Shown here: positions 59,645-64,000 of the stretch, piece after piece
Position numbering within the stretch: position 1 is the stretch's first letter
How the letters are laid out: the number at the start of each line of letters is the position of its first letter
DNA from: Bacteroidales bacterium
GTDB taxonomy: Bacteria; Bacteroidota; Bacteroidia; Bacteroidales; UBA3824
Assembly (NCBI GenBank): GCA_017417315.1
Contig: JAFPZK010000053.1
Coordinates: forward strand, 31,798 to 95,797
DNA: 64,000 nucleotides
Direction of reading: 5' to 3'
Notes under the pieces: generated by a model
What the model was told of the DNA's origin: nothing
The model's input: the letters and a program-made list of their open reading frames with translations, nothing else
Database searches by the model: none
Translations under genes and position numbers: made by a program

Positions 59645-61831
59645 TTAGTTGATAAACAGCAACTCCCTGTACTTGGGCAGCGGCCACATATCGTTGTCTA
59701 CCACCTCTTCGAGTTTGTCAATGGGTTTGCGGATGGCAAAGAGAGATTCGGCGATGTCGTGGTATGCCTTTGCCTTGGAGTACTCGTCGGTGATGACATT
59801 GGCGGCTTTGCGGGCGTCAACCATCGAGTTCACCTTGTTGCGGATTTCGGTGATTTTGGCGGCGATGTCCTTCACAAGGTCAATTTCTACGGCTGCCATC
59901 TCGCGGTAGTTGTCGGGGAAGATGTCCTTGATTTTCTGGATGTTGTCCAAGAGTTTCGTCTGATAAGCCAACGCCGCAGGGATGATGTGGTTGATAGCCA
60001 TACGACCCATCACACGCGCCTCTATCTGAACCTTCTTGGTGTACATTTCCCAACGGACTTCGTTGCGGGCTTCGAGTTCCTTCTCGCTGTAAACGCCCAT
60101 CCGTGTGAACATTTCGATGTTCTCCTTCTTGGTGAACGCCTTGAACATTTCGGGAACGGAGGTCTCAACGTCCAAGCCGCGTTTCTTAGCCTCTTTCTGC
60201 CATTCGTCGGAATAGCCGTTGCCGTCAAAACAGATTACGTTAATTATCTGTTTGATAATCGGTTTCAGAGTGTCCATAATGGCGATGTTCATTGCCTTGC
60301 CCTCAGCCATCTCCTTGTCAACAGCCTTCTTGAACTCGGTGAGTTGGTCGGCGACGGCGGCGTTGAGGGTGGTCATAGCGTTGGCGCAGTTGGCTGACGA
60401 ACCTACGGCGCGGAACTCAAACCTGTTGCCCGTGAATGCAAACGGCGAGGTGCGGTTGCGGTCGGTGTTGTCGATGAAAATTTCGGGAATCTCAACCAAG
60501 CCAACCGACTTGCCCTTCTTGCCCGCAATCTCTATCGGGGTGTCGGACGGTACTTCGAGGAGTTTGTGCAGTACGTCGGTCATAGTCTTGCCCAAGAAAG
60601 CCGAAACAATCGCCGGAGGTGCCTCGTTGGCGCCAAGACGGTGGGCGTTGGTGGCAGAAGCAATGGAGGCTTTGAGCAATCCGTTGTATTTCTGAACGGC
60701 AGCCAGAACGTTAACAAAGAACGTTACAAATTGGAGGTTTCCTTTTGCGTCCTTGCCGGGAGCGAGCAGGAGAGTGCCGGTGTCGGTGCCGAGCGACCAG
60801 TTGTTGTGCTTGCCCGAACCGTTGATGCCGTCGAAAGGCTTTTCGTGCATCAGCACTACAAAACCGTGTTTGCGGGCGACGGCGTTCATAGTGTTCATTA
60901 TCAGTTGGTTCTGGTCGTTGCTGAGGTTTACTTCACCAAAAATCGGCGCAAGTTCAAATTGGTTGGGGGCAACCTCGTTGTGGCGTGTTTTGAGCGGGAT
61001 TCCGAGTTTGTAGCCTGCTATTTCGATGTCGCGCATAAACGCCGCCACACGTGAAGGAATTGCGCCGAAATAATGATCGTCCAACTGTTGGTTTTTTGAC
61101 GAGGCGTGTCCCATCAAAGTCCTGCCCGTGAGCATTAGGTCGGGACGTGCCGCGTAGAGGTCTTCGTCAACGAGGAAATACTCCTGCTCCCAACCCAAAT
61201 ATGCAAACACCTTCTTTACTTTCGGGTCAAACATCTTGCAGATGGGCAAGGCGGCGTCGTTGACGGCTTTGAGAGCCTTTTTGAGAGGCGTTTTGTAGTC
61301 AAGAGCCTCGCCGGTGTAAGCGATGAACACCGTTGGGATGCAGAGTGTGTCGTCCTGAATGAAAACGGGCGACGTGGGGTCCCAAGCCGTGTAGCCGCGA
61401 GCCTCAAAAGTGGCGCGGATTCCGCCGTTGGGGAACGACGAGGCGTCGGGCTCTTGCTGAACAAGCGATTTGCCGTCGAAATTCTCAATCATTCCGCCCT
61501 TGTTGTCGTATTCCATAAAGGAATCGTGCTTTTCGGCAGTGCCTTCGGTGAGGGGTTGAAACCAATGGGTGATGTGCGTTACGCCGTGTTCAATCGCCCA
61601 AGTCTTCATACCTGCGGCAACACGGTCGGCAGTGTCACGGTCGAGAGGCTTTCCGTTGTCGATGCAGTCAACAAGCGAATTGAATGTCTTGACATCGAGA
61701 TACTTGTACATCTTGTCGCGGTTGAAGACCAGTTCGCCGAAATATTCCGACGGACGGGTTTCCGGAGTCTCTACTGCAACGGCTTTCTTCTTGAAAGCGT
61801 CCTGCACTACGTCAAATCTAAGTTTGCTCAT
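59645..61831 (-). CDS. glnA: Glutamine synthetase type III
   Basis: THWFQPLT, EPDASSFP, HNEVAPNQFE, NGSGKHNNWS, DRNRTSPFAFTGNRFEFR; 728 aa. Confidence 0.96.
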   Translation of the reverse strand: MSKLRFDVVQDAFKKKAVAVETPETRPSEYFGELVFNRDKMYKYLDVKTFNSLVDCIDNGKPLDRDTADRVAAGMKTWAIEHGVTHITHWFQPLTEGTAEKHDSFMEYDNKGGMIENFDGKSLVQQEPDASSFPNGGIRATFEARGYTAWDPTSPVFIQDDTLCIPTVFIAYTGEALDYKTPLKKALKAVNDAALPICKMFDPKVKKVFAYLGWEQEYFLVDEDLYAARPDLMLTGRTLMGHASSKNQQLDDHYFGAIPSRVAAFMRDIEIAGYKLGIPLKTRHNEVAPNQFELAPIFGEVNLSNDQNQLIMNTMNAVARKHGFVVLMHEKPFDGINGSGKHNNWSLGTDTGTLLLAPGKDAKGNLQFVTFFVNVLAAVQKYNGLLKASIASATNAHRLGANEAPPAIVSAFLGKTMTDVLHKLLEVPSDTPIEIAGKKGKSVGLVEIPEIFIDNTDRNRTSPFAFTGNRFEFRAVGSSANCANAMTTLNAAVADQLTEFKKAVDKEMAEGKAMNIAIMDTLKPIIKQIINVICFDGNGYSDEWQKEAKKRGLDVETSVPEMFKAFTKKENIEMFTRMGVYSEKELEARNEVRWEMYTKKVQIEARVMGRMAINHIIPAALAYQTKLLDNIQKIKDIFPDNYREMAAVEIDLVKDIAAKITEIRNKVNSMVDARKAANVITDEYSKAKAYHDIAESLFAIRKPIDKLEEVVDNDMWPLPKYRELLFIN

Positions 61832-61864
61832 AATAATTACGATTTAAATTTGTTTATTTTTTAC

Positions 61865-62000
61865 AATGCAAATTTACGTCGGTGGCGTTTTATGTGCAAT
61901 ACCGATTGTTCGTAATGGGTGATATTTTTTTATACGTAATTATACGCGATTAAGGTACGAGAAATGCGGATAGGTGGTACGGGAAATACGGAGAGGGAGA
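61865..62000 (-). promoter_or_regulatory. glnA promoter, homologous to the gltB promoter
   Basis: -7 box TAAATTTG at 61869-61876 (minus strand); shared 28-bp block, TACG boxes and GTACGGGAAATACGGA. Confidence 0.75.
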
Positions 62001-62293
62001 TAGTTTGTGGTCTGCGGCATAAGCGTTATAATTTTGGGCAAATGTACGAAAAAATATTGAAATAGATGATTAGAAAATATTTTAAAAAAAAGTTGCAAAA
62101 TTATTTTGCCGAGGCTGCCTAAAAATAAAACTTTCCTTTTCAGACAGCCTTTCTTGTCCCTCTCCGCATTTTTCGACAAGGCATTCCGCACCGAAATTTG
62201 TGCATTTCACGCAAATCATCAATATTCAGATGCTGAATAAAATCTTTTTGAAAAACAAAAAAATGTGTAAATTTGCGAAAACAAATTTTCATT

Positions 62294-62716
62294 ATGGAAA
62301 ACTATCTCGACGACAATTATACCACGGCGGTTGAAACCATCAAGACCGCTATTCTTCAAGGTCAGTACGAGGCCGCAAAAGGCATAAACCGTATTCAATT
62401 GGCGGTGTATTTTGGCATTGGCAAATACATCTCGCTCAACACCCGCAAAAAGCATTGGGGCAAGGGCGCGTTGAAGATTATCAGCGAGAGGTTGCAACGC
62501 GAATTGCCCGGACTGAGAGGTTATGCCGAAACACAATTACGTGAAATGCGGCTTTTTTATGAAGAATGGATAATGCTTGATGCTAATTCATCGGTTGCGA
62601 CCGATGAATTACAAATTGTTGAAAATAAGATAGATATATTCAATTTCATAAAAATACCTTCCCGAAAATCTGCGAAAAGCCCTTCCCGACATCGAGCAAC
62701 TGAAAAAAACTATTGA
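62294..62716 (+). pseudogene. YhcG/DUF1016 protein with the nuclease domain deleted
   Basis: N-domain (YFGIGKYIS..WG..LREMRLFY) joined out of frame to the family-type tail PENLRKALPDIEQLKK. Confidence 0.8.
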
Positions 62717-62747
62717 ATGTCGGGGAGGACTAATCTGCAAATCATTA

Positions 62748-64000
62748 TTAATACGCATTCTCGTGCACTCCCTTCACTGCCCTGCCGCTTGGGTCGTTGA
62801 GGTTTTGGAACGAGGCGTCCCACGCCAACGCTTCAGCCGACGAACACGCAACGCTCGGTACGCTCGGCACGCTCATCGCCGCCGAATTGCTCGGGAATAG
62901 TTCTGAGAAAATTGAGCGGTAATAGTATTCCTCCTTGTTCATCGGGGTGTTGATGGGGAAACGGATTGCGGCGTTCTCCATCTGTTGGTCGCTCACGGCG
63001 GCGGCGGTCATTGCTTTGAGGCTGTCGATCCAACTGTATCCTACGCCGTCGGAGAACTGTTCTTTCTGACGCCAGGCGATGCTTTCGGGAAGCATATCGG
63101 TAAACGCCTCGCGCACAACACGTTTTTCAATCTCCTTGCCGGGACACATCTTGTCCTTGGGGTTGAGGCGCATTGCCACGTCGAGAAACTCCTTGTCCAA
63201 AAACGGCACGCGACCCTCCACGCCCCACGCAGCCAGCGACTTATTGGCCCTCAGGCAGTCGTAGAGATAGAGTTTGCCAAGTTTTCGGACGGTCTCCTCG
63301 TGGAAAGCCTTGGCGTCGGGTGCCTTGTGAAAATAGAGGTAGCCGCCAAAAATCTCGTCGGCACCCTCGCCGCTAAGCACCATCTTGATGCCCATCGATT
63401 TTATCACCCTTGCCAAAAGATACATCGGCGTACTTGCACGGACGGTGGTAACGTCGTAAGTTTCAATATGATAGATGACGTCACGAATTGCATCCAAACC
63501 CTCCTGCACCGTGTAGTTGACCTCGTGGTGAACAGTGCCGAGATGGTCTGCCATCACACGTGCCTTGGCGAGGTCGGGCGAACCCTTGATGCCCACCGCA
63601 AAAGAGTGCAGACGTGGCCACCAAGCCTGAGCCGTGTCGCCGGTTTCGATGCGCTTGTGGGCGTACATATTGGCAATGGCGGAAATCACCGAACTGTCCA
63701 GACCGCCCGAAAGCAACACACCGTATGGCACGTCGCTCATTAGTTGGCGTTTGACGGCTGCTTTGAGGGCGTCGCCGAGTTCCTTGACATCGGTTTTATT
63801 GTCGGCAACTGCTTGATAGTCAAACCAATCACGCTTCCACCAACGTTGCATTTTGCCGTCCTTGCTGTAATAGTAATGTCCGGGCAGGAACGGCTCGTAT
63901 TTTTCGCAATGCCCTTCCAAGGCTTTGAGTTCGCTCGCCACATATACAGTGCCGTCGTAGTCGTAGCCTATATAAAGAGGAATGATTCCGATATGGTCGC
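62748..64000 (-). CDS. asnB: Asparagine synthetase B (5' end outside window)
   Basis: Frame open to the window end (RDHIGIIPLY); LLSGGLDSS, SGEGADEIFGGY, RVPFLD, RQKEQFSDGVG. Confidence 0.97.
   Translation of the reverse strand, partial: DHIGIIPLYIGYDYDGTVYVASELKALEGHCEKYEPFLPGHYYYSKDGKMQRWWKRDWFDYQAVADNKTDVKELGDALKAAVKRQLMSDVPYGVLLSGGLDSSVISAIANMYAHKRIETGDTAQAWWPRLHSFAVGIKGSPDLAKARVMADHLGTVHHEVNYTVQEGLDAIRDVIYHIETYDVTTVRASTPMYLLARVIKSMGIKMVLSGEGADEIFGGYLYFHKAPDAKAFHEETVRKLGKLYLYDCLRANKSLAAWGVEGRVPFLDKEFLDVAMRLNPKDKMCPGKEIEKRVVREAFTDMLPESIAWRQKEQFSDGVGYSWIDSLKAMTAAAVSDQQMENAAIRFPINTPMNKEEYYYRSIFSELFPSNSAAMSVPSVPSVACSSAEALAWDASFQNLNDPSGRAVKGVHENAY

Noticed and set aside
62112-62150. AGGCTGCCTAAAA...TTCAGACAGCCT resembling Neisseriaceae DNA uptake sequences
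   Set aside because: It is a single imperfect hairpin with no other copies, in the wrong phylum.
44662-63743. Long antisense ORFs over gltD, gltB, glnA and asnB (e.g. 44662-45513, 59624-60397, 62985-63743)
   Set aside because: These are shadow ORFs from biased codon usage in GC-rich conserved genes, with no recognisable motifs.

Overview
This is a Bacteroidota (probably Bacteroidales) chromosomal window, judged from TAnnTTTG -7 promoters, T9SS/gliding genes and a GH10-CE1 xylanase/esterase. The left half (1-31.4 kb) is AT-richer and mostly housekeeping and envelope genes (sprA 3' part, ruvA, gldA-like, ilvE, manC, PorE-like OmpA, ispG, rlmI, MMPL). Single accessory genes (two AAA-ATPase/PD-(D/E)XK genes, two Fic genes) are inserted among them. 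The right half (32-64 kb) is a visibly GC-richer nitrogen-assimilation cluster on the minus strand (asnB, GSIII glnA, gltB, gltD, dapF, dapL, purC, purF, pyrG), with most gaps between transcription units filled by defence or accessory genes. Five signals stand out. (1) A Type I R-M operon contains a GHKL-ATPase/nuclease gene and a RAYT (HUH/Y1) transposase. Its 28-bp palindromic REP sits in-frame inside hsdS and also supplies the hsdS stop codon, so REPs bracket TRD2. (2) Two sequence-divergent but architecturally similar ~200-nt structured leaders lie upstream of two unrelated DNA-methyltransferase genes. (3) A YhcG/DUF1016 gene carries an in-frame 42-bp palindromic repeat that recurs just downstream of the gene. 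(4) An AAA-ATPase gene is flanked by 63-bp hairpin direct repeats. (5) Five accessory genes carry large internal deletions. All family calls come from motif recognition by eye; no searches were run.
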